In this document: piece by piece, positions 8,665-18,800 of the stretch
How positions within the stretch are numbered: the first letter of the stretch is position 1
How the letters are laid out: every line of letters begins with the position of its first letter
IMG/VR virus record: IMGVR_UViG_3300049436_000142
Location: 1 to 47,835 of that record
From: a virus
Taxonomy: Duplodnaviria; Caudoviricetes
DNA length: 47,835 nucleotides
Reading direction: 5' to 3' (one strand)
Position numbers and translations under genes: made by a program
Notes under the pieces: model-generated
Told to the model about the DNA's origin: nothing
What the model saw: the letters and a program-made list of their open reading frames with translations, nothing else
Database searches by the model: none

Positions 8665-9377
8665 CGGGCACCTCTTGAACGACCCTTGGTAGGGGGCGGT
8701 GTGGTGGGCGGGGTGGGCGGGGACAAGTCGGATGCGGGACGGGCCGAGGCCGGCGCCGGACCAGAGCCGGTGGTCGGCCTTGGAGTGGCCTTGAGAGTGG
8801 ACGCGGCTTCAGGCGCGGCGCTGGTGGACGTGGGACGCTCGAGGGAGAGTGTCTCCAGCGAGACCACCGCGCGAAGCGGAAGGTCGCCACCGGTCTGGGC
8901 CTTGGCGGCGATGGCGCCGGCCTCGGGGGCCAGGTCGATGCTTGCGATAGTCCACCCGGGCTGGCGGGCCCGCCAGCGACCCAGAGCATCGCCGAGTTGC
9001 GGAAGGGTGATCGAGGCCAGCACGAGCGTGGCGCGGCGGGCGCGGACCTGCACCTGGCCGCCGCCGGGGCCGGCGAGGCTTCCCGTGTCGGGCTCGGCCG
9101 AGAGCGAGGCCATGGCCGAGGCCGGCAGGCCAGCGGCGGCAAGCGTCGCCGTGACTTCGGGGGCAAGCGCAGCGCTCTTGGGAAGGCGGGTCCACGTGGG
9201 CAGGTTGTCCTCGATCTCGCGGATCGTTGTTGCGGAGGCCGTGATCCGGGTGAGCCGCTGCACCTGGGCATGTTCGCGGGCGAGCGCCCGGCCCCACGCG
9301 ATGCCGCCGAAGCTCAACGCGGCGAGACTCACACCGAGGCTACACCACCAGAGGATTCGCGGGGGAGGCAGGTTCAC
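8661..9377 (-). CDS. Bitopic membrane protein, GspM/PilO-like by position and architecture
   Basis: GTG 9377 overlaps the upstream TGA and has a GGAGG RBS. N-terminal TM (ILWWCSLGVSLAALSFGGIAWG), coiled segment, alpha/beta region (ITLPQLGDALGRW...WTIASIDL), Pro/Thr tail. Confidence 0.55.
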   Translation of the reverse strand: MNLPPPRILWWCSLGVSLAALSFGGIAWGRALAREHAQVQRLTRITASATTIREIEDNLPTWTRLPKSAALAPEVTATLAAAGLPASAMASLSAEPDTGSLAGPGGGQVQVRARRATLVLASITLPQLGDALGRWRARQPGWTIASIDLAPEAGAIAAKAQTGGDLPLRAVVSLETLSLERPTSTSAAPEAASTLKATPRPTTGSGPAPASARPASDLSPPTPPTTPPPTKGRSRGAR

Positions 9378-10222
9378 TTGGCACCTCCGGCCGCGGGGCG
9401 CAGGTGGAGCGAGAGGCGGGTCACCGGACCGGCTGTAGCAATGCGGGGCTCGTCGAGCGTGAACCCGGCCGGGGTCACAAACGACGCAAGGAACGGGGCC
9501 GGATCCCCGTCGACCGTCACGCTCATGGAGATGCCGTCCGCGTTCACCGACAGATTCTGCGGCTTGGCCGCCAGCTGCGTGGGCCAGACTCTCAAGAGTT
9601 CCTGCAGCCCGGCCGCGGCGTCGGGCGCGGGCTTGGCCTTCCGAGTCGCCTCGGCGATGGCCCGCATGAGCTTGGTCTTCTCGGTGAGCGTGTCCTCCCT
9701 CTGTGGGGTGCCGGCATCCGTGAGGAGCGTGTCGGCGGCCTTGGCGGAGGCGAGGGCATCGGCGGTCGCTGCCTGGGCGCGGCGGAACAAGCCAACCGTG
9801 AGCAGAAGCGAGCACGCCAGGAGCGTGAGGGCCAGATGCGCGTGCCACGACCGGCGCGTTGCCCTGGCTGCGGGCGGCTCGCAGTCGCCAATGAGCAGGT
9901 TAAGACTGGCAAGATCAGCAGCGCAGGACAGCCCGTCGGGGACAGATGCGGGCCTGAGTTCGAGGATCGCCGGGTCAAGACCAGCGAGATCCGCGCGCGG
10001 GCAGGCGCAGATCAACACGCGGCCGCCTTCGACGGGGATGCCCACGGCCTGCAGGTCCTCGATCGGGAGGGGGAGTTCTTCGGCGAGTGCCAGGAGCAGG
10101 CCGGGCGGGAGCGGACCCGAGCCGCGCCACCCCATGGCGTCGATCTCGGCCCAGTAGAAACGCTGCGGCGGCCAAGTAGCGGCGATGGATGGGGATTCGC
10201 GGGAGTGGAGCGGGTCGCTCAT
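9374..10222 (-). CDS. GspL/PilN-like inner-membrane platform protein
   Basis: ATG 10222 (ATGA overlap, GGAGG RBS). Cytoplasmic part LAEELPLPIEDLQAV, then LNLL, a single TM (LALTLLACSLLLTVGLF) and a periplasmic part. Confidence 0.6.
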   Translation of the reverse strand: MSDPLHSRESPSIAATWPPQRFYWAEIDAMGWRGSGPLPPGLLLALAEELPLPIEDLQAVGIPVEGGRVLICACPRADLAGLDPAILELRPASVPDGLSCAADLASLNLLIGDCEPPAARATRRSWHAHLALTLLACSLLLTVGLFRRAQAATADALASAKAADTLLTDAGTPQREDTLTEKTKLMRAIAEATRKAKPAPDAAAGLQELLRVWPTQLAAKPQNLSVNADGISMSVTVDGDPAPFLASFVTPAGFTLDEPRIATAGPVTRLSLHLRPAAGGAK

Positions 10223-10725
10223 GGCGTCGCACCTCCGCTTCCTCCTGGCTGATCGGTCCGCAGCGAGAGGATGCGCTCTCCAGACTGATCGCGGATGTGC
10301 ACCCGCGCGTCGGTCACCTTCTCGATGCGGCGGCCCTGGAGGGTGTCCCCCTCGTGGACGGTGAAGAGCTTGTCCTGGTCGGGGTCGTAGAGCAGCGCGG
10401 CTGGGCGTTCGGCCCCGCCCGGGCCCGCCTGCTCCGTCACAATGGCGATGAGCTGGAGCTTCAGGGGCGGCGGTGGGGGGGGCGGCGCGGGTGGGGCGGG
10501 CGGCGGAGGGGGAACGACCCAGAGCGGCGCCTTGAACGCGACCAAGTCCAGTGGGGCGAGTGCCAGTGGCGTCGATGCAGCGGAGTTCCCCGCCGCTGTC
10601 GGCGTAACCCCGGCCCTCGTTCCCAGCGGCCACAGCGCCCAAACTAGGCACACGGCGATCGCACTCGCGCACCCGAGGCGAAGGGGCGTTAAGAGCATTC
10701 GGGAGGTATCGAGCCCTCGGGTCAT
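10219..10725 (-). CDS. GspC/PilP-like protein
   Basis: ATG 10725 overlaps the GspE stop. N-terminal TM, poly-Pro linker, then LKLQLIAIV...AALL...TVHEGDTLQGRRIEKV...V.I, the pattern of the GspC HR/PilP beta domain. Confidence 0.65.
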   Translation of the reverse strand: MTRGLDTSRMLLTPLRLGCASAIAVCLVWALWPLGTRAGVTPTAAGNSAASTPLALAPLDLVAFKAPLWVVPPPPPAPPAPPPPPPPLKLQLIAIVTEQAGPGGAERPAALLYDPDQDKLFTVHEGDTLQGRRIEKVTDARVHIRDQSGERILSLRTDQPGGSGGATP

Positions 10726-12449
10726 GTCTCGACCTCCTCGAGTGACTCGATGACCCTCGCCACCTCCGCGGCCGTGGTGAGACCCGCCTGCACCAGGGCC
10801 GCGCCGGCGTTTCGGAGGGAGACCATGCCCAGGCTCTCGGCCTTGGCCTTGATGTCCATGGCGTTGGCCCGCCGGATCACCATGTCGCGAAGTGGGGGGG
10901 ACAGCACCAGGAGCTCGAATACACCGGTGCGGCCCTTGAAGCCCGCGCCCAAACACCCCGTGCACCCCTCGCCCCGGCACTCGGGATGCACCTTCCGCAC
11001 CAGCCGCTGGGCCAGCACCGCGGCCAGGGACGAGGCGACCAGGAACGGCTCGACGTTCAGATCGATCAGCCGGACCACCGCCGCGGCTGCGTCGTTGGTG
11101 TGGAGTGTGGACAGAACGAGGTGGCCGGTGAGCGACGCCTGCACGGCGATGCGGGCGGTCTCCTCATCGCGGATCTCGCCGACCATGATTACGTCCGGAT
11201 CCTGGCGGAGGATGTGCCGAAGGCCGGTGGCGAACGTGACGTTCTTCTTGGGATCGACCTGGGTCTGGCTGATCGAGAGTCCTTGCCTGCCCGAGGCGCC
11301 GCCGTGCCCAATCCCCCCAATCGCTCCGCCGCCGGCAAGGTCGTACTCGACCGGGTCCTCGATGGTCATCATGTTGAGCTCACAGCCCCGCTGCGAGGTG
11401 GGAGCGACATGCCCGGCCGCCGTCTTCGAGGAAGACGCTTGCACCCCGCCCGAGCTGTTGGACTCGCTCAGCCACGAGAGCGTGGTGTAGAGCGTGGTCG
11501 TCTTGCCACTGCCGGTCGGGCCGGTGGAGAGCACGATGCCGGTGGTGCGGCTGACCTGGGTCAGGTACGTCGCCTCGAGGGCCGAGGGCATGCCCAGCGT
11601 GGAGAAGTTCAGGAGATACGCCGAGCGAACCGGATCCAGCAGCCGGAGCACGACCCGCTCGCCGTAGGTGGACGGGAGGGTGCTGACGCGCAGATCGATT
11701 CGGCGGGCCCGCCCATCGGAGCCCGCGCTCGAGCCTCCAATGCTCACCGCCGCCCGGCCATCCTGCGGGGCACGATGCTCGGCGACATCCAGCCGGGCCA
11801 TGATCTTGATGCGGCTGACAACCGCCGCTGCGAGGGAGCCGGGGAGTTCACGGACGGTGTGCAATGCCCCATCGAGCCGGTACCGCACCAGCGTCCGATC
11901 GCGAACGGGCTGGATGTGAACATCCGACGCGTCGCGATGCAGGGCCTCAAAGAGGATCAGGTCCACGAGGCGAATGCTGGGCGACTTGCCATCAAGGTTG
12001 AGCAGATCCTGCTCGACGTCCCGCACGGCCGCGGCGAGGTCGGCCTCCACGTTGGCCGAGGCCTCGATTATCTGCGTGGGGAGTTCAAGGCGGCTGGGAT
12101 TGGTCGGAGCGGCGGACGGTCCCTCCGCCGCGCGGGCGTACGCGGCGTCCACGGCCGAGGCCACCGACTCGGCCGGCGCGATGGTGGTGGCGATGCCGCG
12201 GCCGATGCGAACCCCGACGTTGAATATGGTCGCCGGTTTGCTGTGTTCCGCAACCAGAAGGTACTCGAGTCCGGCGCGGCATCCCTTGCTCAGGATGAGG
12301 TGGCGACGGGCGTAATCGTGGGGAATGAGTCGGAGAAACTCGGGCGAGGGCGCGCCTCCGGACGGATCGGCTCCTGACCCGGGTTCCGCATCCTCGATTG
12401 TCGGGTCATGGTTGACCGGGATCCTTGTCAACACGTCGGCAATGCTCAC
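10722..12449 (-). CDS. gspE: Type II secretion / type IV pilus assembly ATPase (GspE/PulE family)
   Basis: ASDVHIQP, RYRLDG, PQDGR, DLRVSTLP..GERVVLRLL, Walker A GPTGSGKTTT, TIEDPVEY, LRQDPDVIMVGEIRD, TGHLVLSTLHTND, AQRLVR. Confidence 0.95.
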   Translation of the reverse strand: MSIADVLTRIPVNHDPTIEDAEPGSGADPSGGAPSPEFLRLIPHDYARRHLILSKGCRAGLEYLLVAEHSKPATIFNVGVRIGRGIATTIAPAESVASAVDAAYARAAEGPSAAPTNPSRLELPTQIIEASANVEADLAAAVRDVEQDLLNLDGKSPSIRLVDLILFEALHRDASDVHIQPVRDRTLVRYRLDGALHTVRELPGSLAAAVVSRIKIMARLDVAEHRAPQDGRAAVSIGGSSAGSDGRARRIDLRVSTLPSTYGERVVLRLLDPVRSAYLLNFSTLGMPSALEATYLTQVSRTTGIVLSTGPTGSGKTTTLYTTLSWLSESNSSGGVQASSSKTAAGHVAPTSQRGCELNMMTIEDPVEYDLAGGGAIGGIGHGGASGRQGLSISQTQVDPKKNVTFATGLRHILRQDPDVIMVGEIRDEETARIAVQASLTGHLVLSTLHTNDAAAAVVRLIDLNVEPFLVASSLAAVLAQRLVRKVHPECRGEGCTGCLGAGFKGRTGVFELLVLSPPLRDMVIRRANAMDIKAKAESLGMVSLRNAGAALVQAGLTTAAEVARVIESLEEVET

Positions 12450-14827
12450 GGGCGGCCTCCGATCAGCCTCGGTTCAACAGCTGGCCATCCGTCGTCGATC
12501 CCTGCACTAGTGGATTGCCCATCTGAGAGGTGCTTCAGATCCTCGAAGTTGGTGGATCGCAGGATGCTCGCGCGAACGAATACGTAAAAACGAGTCCGGG
12601 AATGCGACACGCCACGGCTCTTGAACAGTTCGCCAATGAGCGGAATGCTGCCAAGGCCGGGGACTTGGCTGGCATCGTTGCCTTCGCTGGTGTTCTCAAG
12701 ACCTCCCACGACGACCGTGTATCCGTCGGGAATCGTTGCCACGCTCTGCACGGTGTTCTGCTGCCGGGGAGGAGGAAGGTTCGCGCTGGAGGCGACCCCG
12801 GTGAACGAGCTCAGTGCCACGCTGTAGGTCAAGGTTAGATGGTCCCCTTGGGCGATCTGTGGCTTGACTGAGATGGTTGTGCCGGCGTCCTGTGTGCCGC
12901 CGAAGGCGGTCGTTGCAACTGTCGTTGACGCGTTGGTCGTGGCGAAGGGCTGCTGCAAGACCGAGTTGAACGTCGCCTGCTGGTTGTTGGACACGAGCAG
13001 CTTTGGGCTCGAGAGGGCTCTGCCTTTGTTCAACGTCTCCAGGGCCTTGACCACCACGCTAAAGTCCCCGGGATTGAGCACCACGCCCGTGAAGCCAGTA
13101 GCGTCGCCCACCGCGCGTGTCGCCGCCGCCCCGCTCCCAGCTGCAGTGGAAAGGCCGAACAGGCTTGCCAGTCGGATGAACGTGTCCCCCGAGACCTGCA
13201 CCCGCTCGAGCTCGACGCCAAGGCTGAGCGTTTGGCTATCTGTGAGGCTCACCAGGAAGGCCTCGAGCATGACCTGGGACTGGCGAACGTCAAGCGTCGG
13301 TAGCAGTCGCTCGAGTTGGGAGAGCAGCCGCGGATCGCCCACGGCGATGAGTGTGCCGGTCGCCTCGTCGCATGTGAGCGTCAGCGCCGGCAGGCCCAGT
13401 CGGGCGCGAGCGCCGGGTAGCGAAGGCGGCGATCGAGTCGTTCCCAATGCTGTACCCTGCGGGGCCGTGGCATCGGCTGCGGTTGGCGTTCCCGGACTTG
13501 GGGATCCGGGCAGCAAGGATCCGCCGGGGGCAAAGGGGCGCGTTGTGGTTTGCGAGCCCAACGCACTGGAGGGGTTTGGTGGGTCGCCCTGGCCAGGACC
13601 AGGGGGGGCGTCCCCACCGTTGGCATCGAGTATTCCGGCGCGAAGCAACTCTTCCACGAGCTGCTGGATCTCGCGCACTGGACGGTTGTGAACGCTGAAC
13701 ATCTTCAGGGGACGACGTGCCTCGGCGGGAACGCGTGAGAGTCCGGCGAGCAGCTCCGAGATCTGGTCGTGCTGGGCCGGTAAGGCTGTAACGATGAGTG
13801 TGCCCGTCAGCTCATCGAGCACGAGCTTCCAACGATCGTCGGGGATGCCGGAGGGTGAACCCGGCGAACTCTGCGGGAACCCGGCGGGCGATGCGCCCGT
13901 TGTCCGTACCGTCTGCTCGATGAGGTTCGCGACTTCCTTGAGCCCGAACGCCCCCGTGGTATAGGTCCGCCGCTCGACGGGTTCGCGCTGATCGGCATCA
14001 GCGATGATCGACATCCATTGATCCAGCAGCGCGGGCGGGGCAATGAGCGTTACCGAGGTGCCGTTGCCCGAGGGAACGACGTCGCCCCGCAGTTCTCGTC
14101 CACCCACCGCCTTCCGCCGATCGGCCAGCTGCTTGGTCAGGGTCGCCAACCGCGTCGGATCGATGTTGCGGGCGGGAACATGTCTGACGACCGCTCCGCC
14201 CTCCGTCCCGTCGAGTTGCTCGACCAGCGCGAGTGCCGCGTTGAGCGAGGGCGTTAGGTCGGCGATCATGACCAGCCCCGCCTGTTCGGAGTCGGAGGCC
14301 ACCCCCCCTGGCTTGGAGAGCACGAGCTGTACCGCCGCGAGGATGTCCTTGCTGGCGGCTCTGCGAAGCGGGATCAGCACGCGTCGAAACCCCGCCTGAA
14401 CGCCCTTGTCGTCCCGCACATCCTCCACCCGTTCGACACGGGCCGCCTGCGCCGCGTTAACAACCTTGACAACCGCTAGGGTGGAATCATCGCCAGATCG
14501 AATTGTGGTCAGACCCTGATCGGCCAGGAGGCGATTGGTGAGTTGCCAGAGCTCGGCATCCGCGATGGGACGGTCTTGGCGGAGCGTCACCTTGGACTTC
14601 AGCGTGGCCTCGTCGTAGGTAACTCGAAGCCCGAGTTGCTCGGCCGAGAGATCCACCAATCGCGCTAGTTCAACCGACGAGGGAAGGGTTGTGTGGCCGC
14701 CCGGCGACGGAAGCTGGGCTGTATTCGCGGGCTGAGCGAGGACGGGGGACAAAGCGAACCACGCGAGTAGCCCCGCCGAGCGGATGCAGGTTCCTCTCCA
14801 CGCACGATCCGTTCGGTGGCCATCCAT
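12446..14827 (-). CDS. gspD: Secretin (GspD/PulD family)
   Basis: Signal peptide ending VLA-QP, N-domain repeats, secretin core LDVRQSQVMLEA...ALSSPKLLVSNNQQA...VKPQI...VVVGGL...VPGLGSIPLIGELF. Start 14827 preferred; the ORF is open to 14905. Confidence 0.93.
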   Translation of the reverse strand: MDGHRTDRAWRGTCIRSAGLLAWFALSPVLAQPANTAQLPSPGGHTTLPSSVELARLVDLSAEQLGLRVTYDEATLKSKVTLRQDRPIADAELWQLTNRLLADQGLTTIRSGDDSTLAVVKVVNAAQAARVERVEDVRDDKGVQAGFRRVLIPLRRAASKDILAAVQLVLSKPGGVASDSEQAGLVMIADLTPSLNAALALVEQLDGTEGGAVVRHVPARNIDPTRLATLTKQLADRRKAVGGRELRGDVVPSGNGTSVTLIAPPALLDQWMSIIADADQREPVERRTYTTGAFGLKEVANLIEQTVRTTGASPAGFPQSSPGSPSGIPDDRWKLVLDELTGTLIVTALPAQHDQISELLAGLSRVPAEARRPLKMFSVHNRPVREIQQLVEELLRAGILDANGGDAPPGPGQGDPPNPSSALGSQTTTRPFAPGGSLLPGSPSPGTPTAADATAPQGTALGTTRSPPSLPGARARLGLPALTLTCDEATGTLIAVGDPRLLSQLERLLPTLDVRQSQVMLEAFLVSLTDSQTLSLGVELERVQVSGDTFIRLASLFGLSTAAGSGAAATRAVGDATGFTGVVLNPGDFSVVVKALETLNKGRALSSPKLLVSNNQQATFNSVLQQPFATTNASTTVATTAFGGTQDAGTTISVKPQIAQGDHLTLTYSVALSSFTGVASSANLPPPRQQNTVQSVATIPDGYTVVVGGLENTSEGNDASQVPGLGSIPLIGELFKSRGVSHSRTRFYVFVRASILRSTNFEDLKHLSDGQSTSAGIDDGWPAVEPRLIGGRP

Positions 14828-14874
14828 GCCTGCAATCCTCGGACGTGATCTGAGCGAGCCGTACGTCGCGGTGT

Positions 14875-15642
14875 TCAAGGGGCTTGCCGAAGCATCTGAG
14901 TCCATAGGGCCTCGAGCTCACCTCGGTGGGCGGCGATTCGTGCGGCGGCAGACGCGGTGGCGAGTTCGGCGTTGGCGGCCTGGAGGACCGAATCGGTGTC
15001 GGCGGGCGAGGCCATTCCGGAGCGGGGCACGACCGGGTTGCGTGGATCAACCCTGGGCGTCCCGGCGTGCTGGAGGGCGACCCATTGTCTCGGCGTCCGG
15101 TCGCTCACGAGATACTGCGTGGGCACGCTCCATGGGCTGTTGCGGCGGATGGTCTGCAGCGTGAGCACCTGCTCGGCTGTGAGCCCCTCGGTCGCGGTCT
15201 GGAAGGCGTTCTCCAGGAGGTTCTGTCGGCTCGACGCCGAGGCCTGCCGGGCGTTCTGCAGAGTCGCCAACGTATTCTGCGCGTCCGCGGGTGGGTGCCC
15301 GGCAGCGATCGCCCGCTGGATGTCCGAGATGTTCCGGTCACTTTGCGCGATGGCATCGTCCTGCGCCATCAGCGCCCGCCCCTCGTTCATCCATACCTCC
15401 TTGGTGGCCGCGAGGCACGCCTGGAGCTGCTCGATGCTCACGCCGGCGGCCGCGAGCGATTCCGGCACGAGGCCGATCCGGGCGGCGAGCGCGGCGGCCC
15501 CGGCCGGCGGGGGCGTCGGAGGCTGTGAGCGCTTGGGCAGCCGGGCCGAGAACGACCACACCGCCATCGTGCCCAGGAACGTGACGCATATGAACACGAT
15601 GCCCGCGGTGAGGATCGAGCCACGCTTGGTACGAGCAGCCAT
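14875..15642 (-). CDS. Membrane-anchored helical periplasmic protein, first gene of the secretin operon
   Basis: ATG 15642 with AAGGAG RBS. N-terminal TM (ILTAGIVFICVTFLGTMAVWSF), coiled-coil-like body, GLTAEQ (LTxxQ-like) motif. Confidence 0.7.
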   Translation of the reverse strand: MAARTKRGSILTAGIVFICVTFLGTMAVWSFSARLPKRSQPPTPPPAGAAALAARIGLVPESLAAAGVSIEQLQACLAATKEVWMNEGRALMAQDDAIAQSDRNISDIQRAIAAGHPPADAQNTLATLQNARQASASSRQNLLENAFQTATEGLTAEQVLTLQTIRRNSPWSVPTQYLVSDRTPRQWVALQHAGTPRVDPRNPVVPRSGMASPADTDSVLQAANAELATASAAARIAAHRGELEALWTQMLRQAP

Positions 15643-15719
15643 ACGAGTCTCCTTGAGGCGGGAGCGACCATCGCTCGGACAGGCACAACATACCCCACCG
15701 TGGCCCGCGGGCGCGACGT

Positions 15720-15742
15720 TTGACGATTGCGGCAAGTGTCAA
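15720..15742. promoter_or_regulatory. Near-perfect 23-bp dyad in the divergent secretin-operon/Rhs intergenic region
   Basis: TTGAC-ga-TTGC-g-GCAA-gt-GTCAA, roughly midway between the starts at 15642 and 15822. Confidence 0.45.
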
Positions 15743-15821
15743 GCGTTGGTTTCGGTCGGCAACGCGATGGAGACTTGCCCACTTGGCGTTGCGTTCATCG
15801 CACGTCACCAGGAGCACGCCC

Positions 15822-18800
15822 ATGCGGTCTTTCACCCCATCAATCGGCTCGATGATCTCCTCGACCGCTCGCGGCCTCGGCTGGCGTGCAATCCTTGGAT
15901 CGCTGCTGCTCGTGTTCGCGGCATCGGTATCGAAGGGGTCCACCGTGACCTCCCCGCTGATGAACTGCCTTGCCAGCGACAGCAACGTCATCGGCGCGTG
16001 TTCGAGCGGCAACTGGAAAGACTTCATCGAGGCACTCGAGAAGTGCCTCGACCGTCGACTGACGCCGGAAGAACTCATAGGACTGATCGATTACTTCGAG
16101 GACCACTGCCTGCCGCCGCCAGTTCCCGCACCACCGCTTTGTCTTGAGTTGCGGGACTACCTCGACGGACGGACCGACCTGAGCTGCGACCAGAAAAATC
16201 AGGTGCTTAAGCAGCGCCGGTGCCCGTACCGGTTCCAGTGCGCCATCAAGGATCCTTCCCCGCCCACGCCACCGCCGTGCGGAGATTGCCCGGACAAGGG
16301 AATCGAGCCGCCGCCGTACCCGAGTCCCCAACCGCCCGTGTCGTGGAAGCTCGCGGTTTCCGAGAACCCATTCGGACGTCCGCACAGCATGCCTCCCAAG
16401 ATGGCGGGTGTCGACCTGAGCAACGGCTCGATCGATCGGACCGTTGTCGACCTGTCGTTGCCGTCGGCGGGGTTTCCGTGGACGATCGCGCGGAGCTACG
16501 GTGCCCGGCAACTCGATGAGACCGGCACACATCGGGACGTCAACAACTACCAGGGCTGGAACTGGATGCAGACGTCCGAGCCGCAGCTGTACTACCACTC
16601 GGTGGCCGAGCTCACCGGCGAGATCGAACGGGTGGACCTGCTGCTCGACGGCGAGACCCAGCTCTCTTTCGTCGAGGTCCAACCCCAGAGCGGCGTGTTC
16701 AAGGCCCACGGCAACGCGGCCGGAGTGGTATACCACGATCTTTCTGCGGGCACATGGATCTACTACGACCAGGCCGGCAACACCATGACCTTCATCGACA
16801 AGGGGGTGAACGGCTCGGGTGTCGGCGTCAACCGCTTCTGGAAGATGGAAGACCCCGCGGGGAACGTGGCGTACGTCGGGAGCTTGTCGAGCACCTCGGC
16901 CGCGGAGTCCGCGGGTTACGACGGCACGACCAACCACATCAAGCTCGCGTTTGACACTAATGGGCGGCAGTACGATTACGCTTATTCGGGCAGCACCATC
17001 GGCGGGGCGTATCGCCTCATGTCCGTCATCGTGACCCAGAGCACCGTCGAGATTGCGCGAGTCGAGTACGCCTACTACGGGGACGGCACGAACGACCCGA
17101 AGGATACCTCTACCGGCGCCGTGACCGGACTGGACGGGGATCTCAAGCTTGTCAGCGTGCGCATTCCGACCAGCGTGTCGGGCGACAGCATCACGCACAA
17201 GACGCACTACCGCTACTACGTCGACGATTCGACCACGACCACCGACAAGAAGGGATACAGGCACACGCTCAAGAGCATCGTCGGACCCGAGGGTGTGCGG
17301 CGGTACGAGATCGCCACGGCTCACTCGATCCTCGACCCGACCTATGCCTACGACAGCACGATCACCACCTATACATCCGAGTACATGGAATACCACCAGC
17401 CGTCGGCGGCAGCCTTCAACCCCGAGCGGTACGTCAAGGTCAAGTACAACAACGGGGAGTGCGGGTGCGGCGGGGGATCGCTCAATGGCAGCTACCAGTT
17501 CGACTACTCGTGGATGACGGCGATTGCCGAGTGGGGTGGCTCCCCCGCCTACTACGGCAGTCCGTCATTCCGGGCGGAGGTCACTCAGCCCGATGGTGTG
17601 CGTGTCAATCAATACACGGATGTGCAGGGACTCTCTACCGGCACGATCACCGTGGCCACGGACATCGCAGGTACGTATTACTGGATGACCTCTCTGGAGC
17701 GCGACGCCGACGACACGATCCTCGGTCATTCTGGAACGGGTTACGTGAACGCCGCGTACTCACCGGGGGCCGTGGATGCTTCCACGGGATTCAGCCTCGC
17801 CAACGGAACGATGACAACGCTCAGCACCGGCTTGGTGCAGCACTACGTGTACTACACAGACCCCACGCTCGCGGGATTCACACGCCACACCAAAATCAGC
17901 GACGGCAACGGTTCGGCCATCCAGACGCTCATGTCCACGACCGAGTATGTTGCCCAGACACGCGCGTGGACATACTCGGCCTCGCTCGGGACCGTGAACG
18001 TGTCAATTCGCCGGCCCTTCGTGCAGTATTCCTGGGCCTACGACGACGCCCAGACCACGGAGGCCGACTCATCCATTCCCACGTTTCCTACCGGCGCCCA
18101 TCGCACCCAGATGGACTACACGTTCTGGTCCACGACGGCGTCGGATGTGGAGTACATCGTTCCCCAGAGCATCACGACCACCCTGCCACGGGTCTCCGTT
18201 CACACCAATGGACGGGGCGATGGCGGATCGGACCCGGTGGTGTTCTCGTCGGCGTACTTCCGGCTCGATGGCACGGGCGCGTTCACGCGCGAGCTTGCCT
18301 ACGACGATCGGGCCGATGCCGTCTACACGTACACGCTCTACAGCGGCGGCCTGCCCGTGATGCGCAAGGTCGACCTCGACTCCGGCGACGGCGACATCGA
18401 CAGCGCGGACGACCCGCTGGGCGTGTTCGGGATCGCGGATATGGCCTCCTCGTCCTCGGGCCTACTGACCCAGAAGACAACCTTCACGTACGACCCGCAA
18501 GGCCGCTTGTCCAGCACCGATCTCTACGCCGAACTCTCCGGCGGCAGTGGAGATCGCGCCACACTGACGTACTACACCAAGCTCGCCGACGGTCGAGCGG
18601 CGGTTCTCTCGATCCCGAAGTACCTGGGTGGTGGCACGCCGACCTACTACGGGCCTGCGTCCTACAGCGTCGTGAACCAGGCGGGCCGCGGTGAGTTCTC
18701 GGGCACGATCGGCTTCGGTTCCTCGACGCCCTTCACGACCACCACTGCCATCAACACATGGATCAACACCGGCGCCACCGCTCCGATCGCGGCCGTCAGC

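Noticed and set aside
8068-15642. Type IV pilus, Tad or T6SS assignment for the secretion operon
   Set aside because: No pilin, PilT, PilC/TadBC, VgrG, Hcp or PAAR genes seen; the secretin with several N-domains and the GspE ATPase fit a T2SS-like origin best.
15720-15821. Rhs start at TTG 15720
   Set aside because: ATG 15822 has an AGGAG RBS and puts the signal peptide near the N-terminus; 15720 falls within the dyad.
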